Of a stretch of DNA of 64,000 bases, positions 1 to 12,300 are shown piece after piece. How positions within the stretch are numbered: the first letter of the stretch is position 1; every line of letters begins with the position of its first letter. The DNA comes from Marsupella aquatica (Eukaryota; Plantae; Marchantiophyta), in contig OZ316893.1 in the NCBI GenBank assembly GCA_973895155.1, positions 20,878,955-20,942,954 of the forward strand, in the 5' to 3' direction. Below the pieces are notes generated by a model. The model did no database searches and had not been told where the DNA came from. It saw only the letters and a list, made by a program, of their open reading frames with translations. A program made the translations under genes and the position numbers.

Positions 1-668
1 GTGATAGACGAAGACACTAATCCGCTCATTCCACCTGCACTTGAGGTGCACAGTGATTTGGCTCTGTATGACGTACAGAAACCACAGAAGGAACGCCGAA
101 CCCTCTGTTACTATTACCTTGATCGTGCAGACCTTGCTTCTCTGGATGGACACTATTTCAATAATGGCATCCTAATGAGCTTTTGCAAGCAATTGGCAGT
201 ACCATGCGAAAGAAAATAAGATTGGAAGACTCCGTGAAACAGTAAGTAATTTCTCAATGATACTTAATACTGTTCCATGGATAGAGCAGCTTTAGTCTTT
301 GCTTGAGGAGATGGAGTCACACCAAGAATGTGACTGGCGCCGTTCAGGGGGCTCCAGTCGCATTGAACAACATACGGTAAAAACCTCACATCGCGGCTGG
401 GTGATATATTGCGATTCATCTCTCAAAGGAACGGTTCCAAATTCTGTCCACATCCCAGTGTCGAGCAGCATCCTTGCCACCTCCGTATCGAGTAGCACAT
501 TGGCCAGCCTCCGCCAGACCGCTCTCTAATCTCTCCACCGAAAAAGCATCTGGAACCACATCTATCATTGCTTCAGGAAAGGATCTGCAGAGGTGAACTC
601 AACGTATCCAGAATCTCTTCGAAATTCTTACCCAGCATACGGAAGCCCTTCTTCTTTCGGAACCGTGT

Positions 669-857
669 CTATCGCGAATGAGGGTCACTATCACCACCTC
701 GGCCTCCAGGCTTGCGGTAATGCTCCTCTATATGCTTAGCGATGAAGTAGCCTGTGCTGAACAGTGCCTGGATGTTTGGCACCCAATAGTTTTGTGCAAT
801 ATACACTCCAAACATGGTTCCTAGCGTAAATGAGAGGCTGCTCCGGATGATAGGCAT
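669..857 (-). CDS. DUF4535 / STMP1-like small transmembrane protein (62 aa)
   Basis: ATG at 857, MPIIRSSLSFTLGTMFGVYIAQNYWVPNI...AKHIEEHYRKP matches the G-x-Y-I-A-Q-N-Y-x-V-P-N pattern of plant DUF4535 proteins; single exon, TAG at 669-671. Confidence 0.8.
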   Translation of the reverse strand: MPIIRSSLSFTLGTMFGVYIAQNYWVPNIQALFSTGYFIAKHIEEHYRKPGGRGGDSDPHSR

Positions 858-1702
858 TGGAATCTCCAACTCGTGACAAGCCTCAACCCTACTCAATTTC
901 CCTCCCACTGTTAAAGCTCTTGGGTGCGAAACCACTGGAAGGCAGAACGGCTCCCGACTACTAAATCAAGAGCGCTCCACAATAATTGCTCCATCTTGAC
1001 AACATTCATTGACGGCAACCCAATCCAATCCAAACCCTGCATTTTCAAAAGAATGGGTTGTCATTAGCAGGTTCACCGCATCCTCTGCTGCACATGCATC
1101 CACTCAAATCACGGTAACTGATTCGCAAACTGCTGCGGAAAGAAATCATTCCAGCTTCAAAATCGAGTCACAAGCACTGCAGGACATTCAAGACATCCGA
1201 AGGTGTATTCTAGGAAATTCATTATGGCCTCTTCGCCGGCAACTCACCAGAAGCTGAAGCACGGCACTCTCTTGGCAATACTCGTCTCCGCTCACCCTTC
1301 TTCAGCTCCAGTCTATCCATCGCCCATCTTCCGGATGATAAGAAATGTGCACACAATCCCCGGAATTTGTAGAAGAGAAAGTACAATGCTGCTCCTGCTC
1401 CGGCTTTAGGGTAACTTGCGTGACAAGTTTCCGAGGCGTCCAGAACAGGGAGAAAAACATAAGCAAGCCCCAGGTGTTGGGTTTAGGCTTTATCACACTG
1501 CTTCAAATGTAACATCGGAGAAACCTTCCTTTCGAGTGTCATTGTTTGTATTTCTGCTTATTTGTTTAATTCCGTTCGCCGTTCGAGTGTCGTGTCGTAC
1601 ACCGACCAGCTTTCATTATGGCGGGTACTTTTCATCTCAATACTCGTGAGCTCCATTCTTGTAACGGCGCGAATCGCTTATGTGGGAGGGGAGTTGGATT
1701 TA

Positions 1703-1919
1703 CAACTTTGCAAATGACTTCTCGATAGAAGTGAGCTCCGTAGCGAAGTTTCCCAATCAGCGGACATTAATATCGAAATCAAGGCTGGCCAGACAAAATA
1801 TGCGAGGTGCTTCGCAACTTTGCAAACGATTTCTCGAAAGAAGGGAGCTCCGTAAGGAAGTTTCACTATTCGTTAATATCGACATCAAGGCTGTCGGGAC
1901 AAGATATGCCAGGTGTTCG
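1703..1919. repeat. Diverged tandem duplication, ~112 bp x2
   Basis: CAACTTTGCAAA...TTCTCGA...GAGCTCCGTA...TTAATATCGA.ATCAAGGCTG starts at both 1703 and 1815. Confidence 0.8.
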
Positions 1920-4900
1920 TATGACCACACAGAAGATGCTACAGTTATAGCTCCATATGCTGATTGCTGCAGCATAATCGTCTGAAGGAAGCAGTTGTTG
2001 CCTGCCATATCCACCGTCTGTGAGCATGCACCATCGCACCTGCACTCGTTGGCCATCGCACCTGCACTCGTTGGCAGCTACCTTTGCTGTTGTAATATGG
2101 TGAACAAGACAATTACCCGTCTCTTCCGTAAAGTTGAAGGAGGTAGCTCCAACCGCACGGTTGTGTGCTCCTGACGAACTTTGAAGCGTTGTTTGAAGTG
2201 AATGCGAATTAAATAAGACAAACTTTGAAACTTTGGTCACAAAGGTTTTTCACAACAATCCTCTGTCGAGCTTTGTTCGTGATCAAAGTACTTCCTTTTC
2301 AAGTTTTGTAGAGGCTGTCCAATTCCTGCAGTAGGGCATTGCTCTGTATCTGAATCTGGACCAGGCAAGAATCGGTCCTCTCTTCCTCTTGGTTCCATTT
2401 TGGGTCGATCTTTTCAGTATTAGGTTTGAGTCTGTGTTACAAGGATTGAACTATGATTTGTCCCAAATGCGTGCAGTTTCTTGGTGTCCACTAATTTTGC
2501 TTGGGATTTCCTTTTAAAGCATATTTTGTTCTCTCTCGTAAGTTAAGAGCTTTGCTTCAGTATTTATAGTCAGGTCGAGTTGGTCTCTGACTTCAATGAA
2601 TTTCGATTCAATCTTGTCGCGCCACCATCGTTCTCAATTGAATGCTGTCCTCTCGCTCCATATAGTCTATGAATTCGATCTTCCAGTGCTATTTGGATTG
2701 TAGACATCGATCTCATGTCCCATGCACCCTGTTCGAAACTGGATCGATGTGCAATTATATCGTTACGGAACCATCCAACTGCTTGTTCTTATAACTGTCT
2801 TTCGCCAGGATGCTGTCCTGCTCCTTCATCCATCTGTCGTCTGCACATCAATTGAAGTGACCATCTAGATCGAAGACATTAACAATTGTGGGTTAACCCT
2901 ACAGTGAAGCCGGAATGGATCCATAATAGTAGAAAACAGGTTGCTTCCCGTGTCAGTACACATCGTGTAATTCAGGCAAATGAACAGAATAGGTGGATGC
3001 CATGGCCATTCACTGTCAATCTTGCCTTCCAGACATTGAGGCTTCCAAATGCCGGTATGTGATACAGGTCTCCATTTGCGGAAAATTGATCTTGAAAGTG
3101 CCGCAATTTGCCAGCAATAGGGGTCTGCTCTTCGAAGGAGATGCTAGCACTAGACATATGCAACATGATTTCTTTGCGTTGGTCTCTGAAAGAGGACCTA
3201 TCAACTGGAACAAATTGCATACTCCCATCCTGATCAACAGACTCGAAAAGTATGGCAGCTGACAGGATTGCAGTGGATGCGGGAAAATAGAATATTGTCA
3301 ATTGCACAATGAGATGGAGTATTGTCCCACAGATTCTCTAAGAGACTCTGGGAGTAAATTCATGCCACAGACTATACAACGGATTTCAAGAGACGAAGCA
3401 ACCATCAGGGTATAGCATCTTGCATACCCAGGTAGATAAGGTACTGGCAGTAATTTGATTGGATGTTCCTTCTGTGGGCTGTCCTTCGTCAAACTTGTAG
3501 TATTGGGTTGTTTTTTGGCATTGCAACCAATCACACCTACTGAATGAGCCATGATTTCAGTTAGTCCCACGGGGATTAGATGCCCCAGTGCAGCCCTGAG
3601 TCTCAAGGGGATTAGATGCCCCATTGCAGCCCTGACCCATAGTAAGGCAACTCTATATATAGGGGAAGCACTGGAGGGTACCGTGCAGGCAGTTGAGCAC
3701 TGGCCAGTCTCATGGAGGGTGCTTCTCCTGCTCCAGTAGTTAAATTGATTGTTTGGCTGTCTTTCTATTGGAAGACTTGACATCTGTCCCCCCTGAGTGG
3801 TCTGCTTGGCATTTCTGACCTTTGGTCTACTTTGGTGATGCCCTTTGGGCAGCCCTGTTGTATGCTGACCTTTTTGCTTCTTGAATTGAGAAAGATCTTT
3901 GAAGGCAAAAAAAAAACAAATGCTGAGTGAGAGGCCATGCTGTCAGTTGCCATGGGGAATGTCTGTATGTTATTTTATTTTATTTTTAAGGGAAATATGT
4001 GAGACCCCACAGAAAGGGAAGAGTCAGCCACAATAATTAGGAAGAGTCAGCCCACAATAGTTGAACCCAAGACCTATCAGTCTCTACTCATTCAAGTGAG
4101 CTACCACAAAGTCATCCCTCTCTGGGCATGTATGTTATTAAACACCCTGAACTTGCAAATCTTGCATTGAACCAGGATCAGAGAGGACATCTTTCAGGCA
4201 CTTCATTTCGAAGTACTAACAGTGAGAATCTCCTCCTGACTCGCTTAGCAACAGAGAAGGCTAAGCCTCATAGATTTATACAACCTCATGAGGAATGACT
4301 TAGGGAGGACCAACATTATCCTGGCTATACTTGGGATAAGCAACCTTGACCATATCTATGTTTCAACTGGAGAAGGAGCTGATTTTGAAATGAACTTCAT
4401 TATATGCAAATCCATTGAGCAAAGGAGCCAACCACTGCGAGAGGTGGTCTGAATTTCTAGAAAATACGCACTCCACATCAGCATTTACTTGGGCCCACTT
4501 CTTGCCATGTGGAATTGGTAGACACCAAACTTGAATGGGTCTCTCCTGGACCCTGCATTTTTGTAAAGCCAATTGCAGCTGTTTCCACTCATTACTCATT
4601 CTAGATTCAATCTTAGAGAGAATGCAAAGATGACAAATGAATGAGCACCTTACGTCTTGTGACCCACGTCTTGTAACCACCCTAAGTTTGCTGTTCTGGT
4701 TAGAAATAAATAAATTAAATGCAGTACCTAGAAGACTGAATAAGTACTTACTAGCTAGATTGAAGTGTTAGGGAAACTCCAAGCCTGATTGGAACCAGGT
4801 GGTGACACAATTCAACTGAACAACTAGAATACAAAAAGTCATGTGACACTCATTTACTTTAACTATGTCTCACTTTCAGGCACAAGGGTTTGCAATGGTT

Positions 4901-4967
4901 GGAAAAAGTCATATCTCACCCATTCACTCCAAATCTATCATATCTCACCCTGTTTTTTGGTACCTAT

Positions 4968-5483
4968 CCGAATCTCCAGTTGCCTGGGAGACAATATATA
5001 TTAGTTTAATTGATTATCAGATTGGGTGTTTTTTAAATTTTTTTTTTTAAGGAAGCGAATACTTTATTGAAAGGAAAGAACAAATACATCAGAGTCCCGT
5101 CAGGGGAGGAGACAGGAGGGAAGAACAAACCAAAGAAAGGTGGCTGAGAGCAGGAGCACACCAAGAGAGAGGAGAGACCCAGGAACCACCCCACCAAGTG
5201 CCTAAAGGAAGGAGGCACCGACAAAGGGATGGGGGGGGGGGGGGGGGGCAACCAGAAACCGAACAACCCATGGGAAGGAGAAGAACCATCAACAGCAAAC
5301 AAGCCGGACCCCAGCCAGAACCAAACCGAGCAACCGACCCATACTTTTCGGCTGGCTGCCAAAAACCACCGGTGCCTGAACATGATCGCCTCATCATCAA
5401 CCACCGCCCCGAGCCATAGAATGCAAGATTGGGTGTTTTCTTCTTACAATAGTAACCAAACCCAGGAAACTTTGGAGATGCTC
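4968..5483. mobile_element. Degenerate PIF/Harbinger (Tourist-like) MITE interrupted by a retroelement
   Basis: Right end CCCAGGAAACTTTGGAGATGCTC followed by TTA; imperfect left inverted copy GAATCTCCAGTTGCCTGGG at ~4970. Confidence 0.4.
5033..5425 (-). mobile_element. 5'-truncated non-LTR retroelement (LINE 3' end or SINE)
   Basis: Minus strand ends in AATAAA followed by poly(A); flanked by the 14-bp direct repeat AGATTGGGTGTTTT at 5019-5032 and 5426-5439. Confidence 0.75.
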
Positions 5484-6463
5484 TTAGCTCGTAGCTACCA
5501 AGATGTAGATGATGGTTACTTACAGTAAACTAAACAAGGTTGTTGGAATAGGTTGGTACAGTATTAAAAAAGGGACTACAACAAGGAAATTATCATCTGG
5601 ACTAAAGAGAGTGTTGGAATGACTACTGTAATAAATAAACTAAAAGGACGCCTAAAAACAGGGGATTTTACCAGACTGGGTATCCACTCCTTACACTAAG
5701 AAAACCCAAGAACCTTTGGATAATTATATATTCTTGGCTCTTACCAAGACTCCAAGTATTTTTACTTACTGGCGTTCTTGATTTTTCCTCTATTTTTCTC
5801 TTTGTAATTTTTATTTAGGGCGTTTATTGGGAAGTATTGATCGATTCACAGTCAGAAATTTGGATAAGCCGATTCTGAAATTACTCTACTCTGCCTTGAA
5901 TTAGTAAAGATAAAAATCTCTCACTTAGTCTAGTGTATTGACATCCTATAACATTATAGTTCATAATATTGCTGAAACTTATACTTAGGCATTTATAGCC
6001 CCTGAAAAGCCCTCCTTTTTTGGTGGCATTATGGCACTCAATGCCCTGTGAAGGACTTTACCATGTACCAACATGACAGTGCATGCTTAGAGAAGTCCTA
6101 TTGGAGATGCTCTCTGCTCGTACCAAGATGCAACATGACTAACCAACTGACCACAGCCAGTTGACCAGGGAAGTAGCCTAGAACCTAGAGGTCCCAGGTT
6201 GTGGAAGGTATGTAAGTGAGTCTTTGTGTGGGTGGGGTGTAGTGGTTTCTCCTCCGCCCCTATTTGGGGCCCTGGTTTAACCCCCCTTTCCCTCCTGGTC
6301 TGGGTCCTGCAGATTCCTGGGTGATGTCCCCTTGTGGCTACCCTACATAGAGCAGGAGGTATCTAGCCGTCTCCTTGGATGGGCTGCTTTTCCGCTTTCA
6401 AGGCAAAAAAAGATGCAAGTGACAGGACTTTACTATATACTAATTTACATGACAAGTGTATCA

Positions 6464-6669
6464 TTCCTTGATAAGATGTGATAATATACTGTGTGCACTC
6501 ATTGGCCTGTTCCTTGATAAGATGTGATAATATACTTGATAAGATGTGATAATATACTGTGTGCATTCATTGGCCTGTTACTTGATAAGATGTGATAATA
6601 TACTGTGTGCACTCATTGGCCTGTTCCTTGATAAGATGTGATAATATACTGTGTGCACTCATGGGCCTG
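6464..6669. repeat. 46-bp tandem repeat, ~4.5 copies
   Basis: Unit TTCCTTGATAAGATGTGATAATATACTGTGTGCACTCATTGGCCTG, with one half-unit. Confidence 0.9.
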
Positions 6670-6761
6670 CGGGCCTGCTTTCAGCTATCAAGGCCAAACC
6701 ATATGGACTTTACTATATACTAACACGACACTAGTGCTGCTTTAGAACAGTCCTTTGCAGG

Positions 6762-7064
6762 TGTTGGAATTTGTCAGTCCTGTCCGTTGCTGACTCCCTT
6801 TGGCTCATTGTCGGGAGTTGTTACTCTACTGGCTGTCTCAAACTCGCTGCCGTAGTCGGTAGGCAGTCTTCCCTAGATCCGTTTCGGGATCAGTCTGACT
6901 GCGCCACACTTAGCACAGTCCTAACCATAATTAGTTAGTCTGATCCCGGGATTATCCCTGTCGGCTGCTTGCCGCTGGCGCCTACTTGCGCCCTCACTTA
7001 AGCTGTATATAATGAGCCTCAGCGCTCCCGATTAATTAAGTTTCACACATTGAAAACTTCCACA
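6762..7064 (+). repeat. Copia-A 5' LTR
   Basis: TGTTGGAA...TTCCACA; about 4 differences from the 3' LTR by eye. Confidence 0.97.
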
Positions 7065-7082
7065 TGGTATCAGAGCCAGGTT
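7065..7082 (+). promoter_or_regulatory. Primer binding site (tRNA-iMet)
   Basis: TGGTATCAGAGCCAGGTT directly after the 5' LTR. Confidence 0.95.
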
Positions 7083-7126
7083 CGGGAACCCTCATACTCA
7101 TACTGATAGAGTAAGCGGTAATCACC

Positions 7127-10100
7127 ATGGCTTCAGGCGACGCAACCAAGCTCTCTTTCTCAGATAGCGACAAGTTAACTGGGGCACACAATTAAATTGT
7201 GTGGTCCTTTTATGTTGAGCAAATTCTGAGAGAAAGAGACCTCTGGGAGATTGTCGACCCCACCACGAATACACCTACTCCAACAGCTGGAGGAAGTAAC
7301 GCTGCCCAGCAGCATACTCCCTCACAAGCACAAAGCGCAGCATCAGCATCTTCTGAAGGAGGCGATGCTCAGCAGCGACCTGCAGCTACCAGTGGACCTG
7401 CAGCAGGTGCATCAAAGAGCCTGGCTGACGTCCAGAAGCAGAAGGACAGGGTAATCATTATACTTACCAAGACCGTCCATTCTTCTATTATTCCTATCGT
7501 TCAAAGGCTTAGTAAGGATCCTGCCAAGCTGTGGGCTATCCTTAAGCAAAAGTTTGAGTCATCAGCACTCCAGCGAAAGTTGGATCTCAAGTCCGCTCTT
7601 GCTGAAGCTCGCATGAGTGAGGGGTCCTCAGTGGAGGCCTACCTCAAGAAGATCGAGTACCACGTAATGCAACTAGGCAGCATAGGAGAGGAAATAGACG
7701 ACAAGGAACTCATTCATATTGTGCTAAGAAATTTGCCTGCAAGCTGGTCTGCGTTCAAATCAGTCTATAGTGTCATGTATGCCAAGGATCCTCTAGCCAC
7801 TTTTGCAGATCTGGAGGAGTATTTACAGGCTGAAGAATTCAGTCGTAAACCACACAACGAAGCTGATGAGCAATCTCTGCTTGCCCTCACTTACCCAAAA
7901 CGTGGAGAGGGAAGTAGAGGTCATCGTGGACGCGGAAGGGGACGTCATGACCGAGGAAGACCTCATAGAGCATATGATGGTGGCCCAGATCGACGAAACT
8001 GCAACTTCTGTGGGAAGCGAGGCCACTGGGAAGCTGACTGCTTCATTAAAACGGCTGACACAGAGATCAAGACGATGTCTGTGTCTCAGTTGAAGGACCT
8101 GCACTCGAAAATCAAAGACATCAAAGCCACTCCTGCATCCAAGGCGTACTTTGCTGAGGGGGACATTGGAGACAACAACTCTGAGTTTGGTGAATCCAGT
8201 GATCCCAAATCTTCACTCACTATTGAAGCAATGCTCAGTGAACTTGATGCCAACAGCACTGAAGACAAGACCTGGATTCTTGACAGTGGAGCCTCAGCTC
8301 ACATTAGTCGAGACAATAGTGGTTTTGTGAATCTTACTGGAGGTGCCTCTACCTCCACTGTCCTGACGGCCAATGGCTCTAAAATACCAGTCACAGGATC
8401 TGGATGTATTCCACTTTCAGGAAATAAATCTATTCGAGATGTTTTGTATGTACCGTCTATTGCTAGGAATTTACTCTCCGTTGGCAAGTTCACTGATCAA
8501 GGCCACTCCGTGCTGTTCAATTCATCTAGCTGCTATATATTTGATCCAAATAGACCATCACAGACCTACCTCAAGGGCTATAGAGATCCTCGTAGCAAGC
8601 TATACAAGGTGAAGTTGCCAGACCGTCCTCCCGGGAGAAATCTAGCTAAGACTACGCTGCTGCACCCCAAGCTATCTTCTCAATGTCACCTGGCCGAATC
8701 ACGACTATGTCAAACAAAGCTCTGGCATCAACGTTTGGGACACTCTAGTCATCAACGTATAAGCTACATGATCCGGAAGGAGTTAATCACGGGAGCTCCA
8801 TCTTCACTCCCTACCCCTGACCAACTATGCGAGACTTGCATAAAAGGGAAGCAATCTCGTCATCGCATACCTAAGCTTGCAACATCTCGTGCAACTAAAA
8901 CTCTGGAATTAATCCACTCTGACCTCTGTGGTCCCTTACCGGTTGCCTCTCTCTCTGGAGCAAGGTACATAATGACATTCACTGATGACTTATCTCGACA
9001 CTCATGGGTCTACTTTCTTAGAACCAAAGACGAAGCCTTAAACAAATTCAAAATCTTCAAGCAAGAAGTCGAGACCTCTCTCGGCGCAAAAATCATGTGT
9101 CTACGCAGCGTCAGAGGGGGAGAGTATATGTCAGATTTATTCAGATCATTTTGTCAGCAGCAAGGCATACACAGGCAACTCACCGTAGCAGGAACCCCTC
9201 ATCAGAATGGGGTAGTAGAACGTAAAAACCGGACCCTTCTTAATATCGTACGTAGCTTGTCAATTGGCTCGAACTTTCCAGCCTACCTATGGGAAGAATT
9301 GGTCAACACAGCCAATTACATCAACAACAGATGTAGCACACGAGCCTTGAATCTCTCTACCCCCACTGAATGTCTCACGGGTATCAAACCAGACGTCAGT
9401 CACTTTCGTATTATAGGAAGTACAGCACATGTCCACATACCCAAAGAAATGCGCAACAAGCTCCAGCCAAAATCAATCCGAACTGTGCTTATAGGCTACG
9501 ACAACAATAGCAAGGCATATCGTTGCTTCGATCCAGAATCACGTAAAATCCTCATTTCTCGGGATGTGATCTTTGATGAGTCCACTCAAGGGGATTTCTC
9601 AACAACTCAAGTTCATCAACAAGAAAGCATACTCAACTTGTTCCCGTTTGATGACAACTCTGATAGTGAGCCAGTCACTGCAAATCAGGTTCCAGTTGTT
9701 GACTCAACTACTCCTGAAATGGACCCGCCAACCTCAGACTCCATCGACAATTTACCAATGGAGCAGGCAGCTGAGATTCCTGACTCTTCATCAAACTTCA
9801 CCGATACTCCAACGGCTGTTCCTGAACCACGCCAAGTCCGAAGAGCACGTCAACGGGCATCACAACGAGCTCTCCAACGAACACGATCACCATCTGGTAG
9901 GATGACTTTGCACCCCTATTGGCTTTCTGATTTTACAGCATACATCTCAGAAACCACCGAGCAGCTCTTCCTGGCCCTACTTGCTGAATCTATCGACAAT
10001 ATCTCAGTCAATGATGCTCTCTCCGACTCGCGCTGGGTCAGTGCTATGCAACTCGAAATGGATGCACATCGCAAAAATGGCACCTGGGAACTTGTCAATC

Positions 10101-11608
10101 TCCCTCCCGGAGAGAAAGTGCTTTCAGCCAGGTGGGTGCTTAGAGAAAAACTTGACCAAGAAGGAAATGTCAAGTTCAAGGCCCGGGTAGTCGCCAGGGG
10201 GAATGAGCAATGTGAGGGATTGGACTACGAAGAAACCTTTGCTCCCGTAGTCAAGTGGTCTACAGTCAAGCTGATAGTAGCACTTGCAGCGTCTCTTGGT
10301 TGGCCCTTATCACACATGGATGTAGTGACGGCATTTCTCAACGGCACTCTTAGAGAAACAATCTACATGATGCAACCCCCAGGGTTTCTGACCCCAGGCC
10401 AAGAAAAGCTGGTATGTAGACTCAGAAAATCCATTTATGGGCTCAAGCAAAGCCCTCGAGCATGGTATGAAGAAGTGGACTCCTTCCTTCGCTCAATTGG
10501 GTGCAAACGTAGCTCCCTTGATCCCAATCTGTATACTATGCATAGGGATGGAAAAATTGCAATCATTCTGCTCTTTGTTGATGATCTTCTACTCACTGGT
10601 AGTGGAATAGATCTCATAACTGAACTAAAGGAGCAGCTGAAAGCAAAGTACGAAATGAAAGATCTAGGAGCAGCAAAGAGATATTTGGGCGTTGATTTTC
10701 TTGCTACAGAAACAGGGATACTACTGCATCAGAAGCACTACTCAGATCAACTCGTTCTTGACTATGGTATGGATAAATGTAAGCCTGTAGCCACCCCGTT
10801 ACCAGAAGGCCTTGAGCTCTCTGCGGAGACCAACACTCAAGACATCGACTCCACGGATTACAGTCAACTTGTTGGGAAACTCATATATCTCACTAACACG
10901 CGTCCGGACATTTCATTTTCAGTTGGATTAGTGAGCAGATTTATGAGTCAACCACAACAAGCTCACCTTGATGCTGCCATGCACATTGTTCGCTATGTCA
11001 GTGGAACATCTGATCTGGGAGTATTCTACGCCAAGGATAGTCCACTTGACTTAGAAGGATTCACTGATTCTGATTGGGGAAATTCCTGTCCCGACACGAG
11101 AAGGTCAACTGGCGGATACATATTCAAGCTCTCCGAAGGTCCAGTCACCTGGAGTAGCAAAAGGCAACCAACGGTGTCCCGGTCCACCACAGAAGCAGAA
11201 TACAAAGCACTCTCGGATGGTGCCCAAGAAGGAGTCTATCTTAAACGGCTACTCGAAGAACTGCAAAGTAATGACTCTCCTCCAAGCAAAGTCCATTGCA
11301 AGAACAGCGACGTCACAACAGACCTGGTGAACGCAACCCCGACACTTCAAGACTTACACTTAAATTGTGATAACATGAGCGCTGTTAAGCTTGCAAAAAA
11401 TCCAGTGTTCCATGCCCGAACAAAACATTTGGAAATACATCACCACTTTGTAAGAGAACGAGTATTCGAAGGGGAACTTTCTATACATCACGTCAAATCT
11501 GAAGATCAAGTAGCTGACATCTTGACAAAGTCACTGTCGAAGATAAAGTTCATTAGAAACTGAGATGTATTAGGAATGCGATCAGTAACCCAACTACAGT
11601 CAGGATGA
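7127..11608 (+). pseudogene. Copia-A gag-pol polyprotein, nearly intact
   Basis: ATG 7127; premature TAA at 7193 (KLTGAHN*IVW) and a probable premature TGA at 11561. Zinc knuckle CNFCGKRGHWEADC, PR WILDSGAS, IN HSDLCGP, RT YGLKQSPRAW/LFVDD, RH FTDSDW...ADILTK. Confidence 0.93.
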
Positions 11609-11678
11609 TTGACACCCATAGAGTAAATTCTCCTCATTAAGGCCACTGACATTGCTCTATTTAGCCTAGTCTCAATTT

Positions 11679-12158
11679 CTAGCGCGCTCTAGCTTGCTCC
11701 TTCGCTAGATACAATTCTGCCTCGCTACGAGTCTTGAACGACTTATACTTGTTGCCTCGGAAGCCGCTCACTAATGGCTCTGCCTCCTCCCAAGTAGTGT
11801 AGATCCCCGGGCGTCGACCTCGTGCCACAGCATAATATCTTCTGGTCAACTCCTTCGAGAAATCTTGAGCTCCGTCTTCTGTTGGCAGGCATTCAGGATC
11901 TCCCTTGCATACAGGAGCGCTTGGCTCTAATGAATGCATCATCTCTCCAGCTGCCTCAATCTCTATCGAAGTGCCAGTAAGTGACACTGATGTCTCTGGA
12001 TCCCCAACAGGGGGAGTCGTCTCTTCTGCTCGGGGTGTGCTGCCATAACTACATACCAAATAGTCGTAAGCACTCCGGGAAAGCGCCGATATGAACTCCA
12101 ACAGGGAAAGAACCAAATGCATCACTGATTCCTTTAACGTTGCCTCCTCGTGTGCCAT
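11679..12158 (-). CDS. Antisense extra ORF of Copia-A with a C-terminal RNase H1 hybrid-binding / caulimovirus viroplasmin domain (159 aa)
   Basis: YYAVARGRRPGIYTTWEEAEPLVSGFRGNKYKSFKTRSEAELYL fits the HBD pattern; ATG lies in GCCATGG context; TATATA at 12192-12197. Confidence 0.85.
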   Translation of the reverse strand: MAHEEATLKESVMHLVLSLLEFISALSRSAYDYLVCSYGSTPRAEETTPPVGDPETSVSLTGTSIEIEAAGEMMHSLEPSAPVCKGDPECLPTEDGAQDFSKELTRRYYAVARGRRPGIYTTWEEAEPLVSGFRGNKYKSFKTRSEAELYLAKEQARAR

Positions 12159-12291
12159 GGCTGTCCGAACTCTGGGTGCACTTATGTCATGTATATACTT
12201 AGATCAAGTCGACTCATAAGGCTGCGTCATTTCTCTCTCTCTCTCACAGCTAAATTTATGTCGACCTTGGTGGTCACAGCGAGCCACGGTC

Positions 12292-12300
12292 GAGAGGGGG
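12292..12300 (+). other. Copia-A polypurine tract
   Basis: GAGAGGGGG immediately before the 3' LTR. Confidence 0.85.

Noticed and set aside
3970-4113. tRNA-derived SINE on the minus strand
   Set aside because: Only weak A/B-box resemblance and no TSD.
5033-5528. Several overlapping Pro/Gly-rich ORFs
   Set aside because: By-products of the G-run in the retroelement 3' end.
6464-6669. CRISPR-like array
   Set aside because: Head-to-tail units with no unique spacers, in a eukaryotic context.
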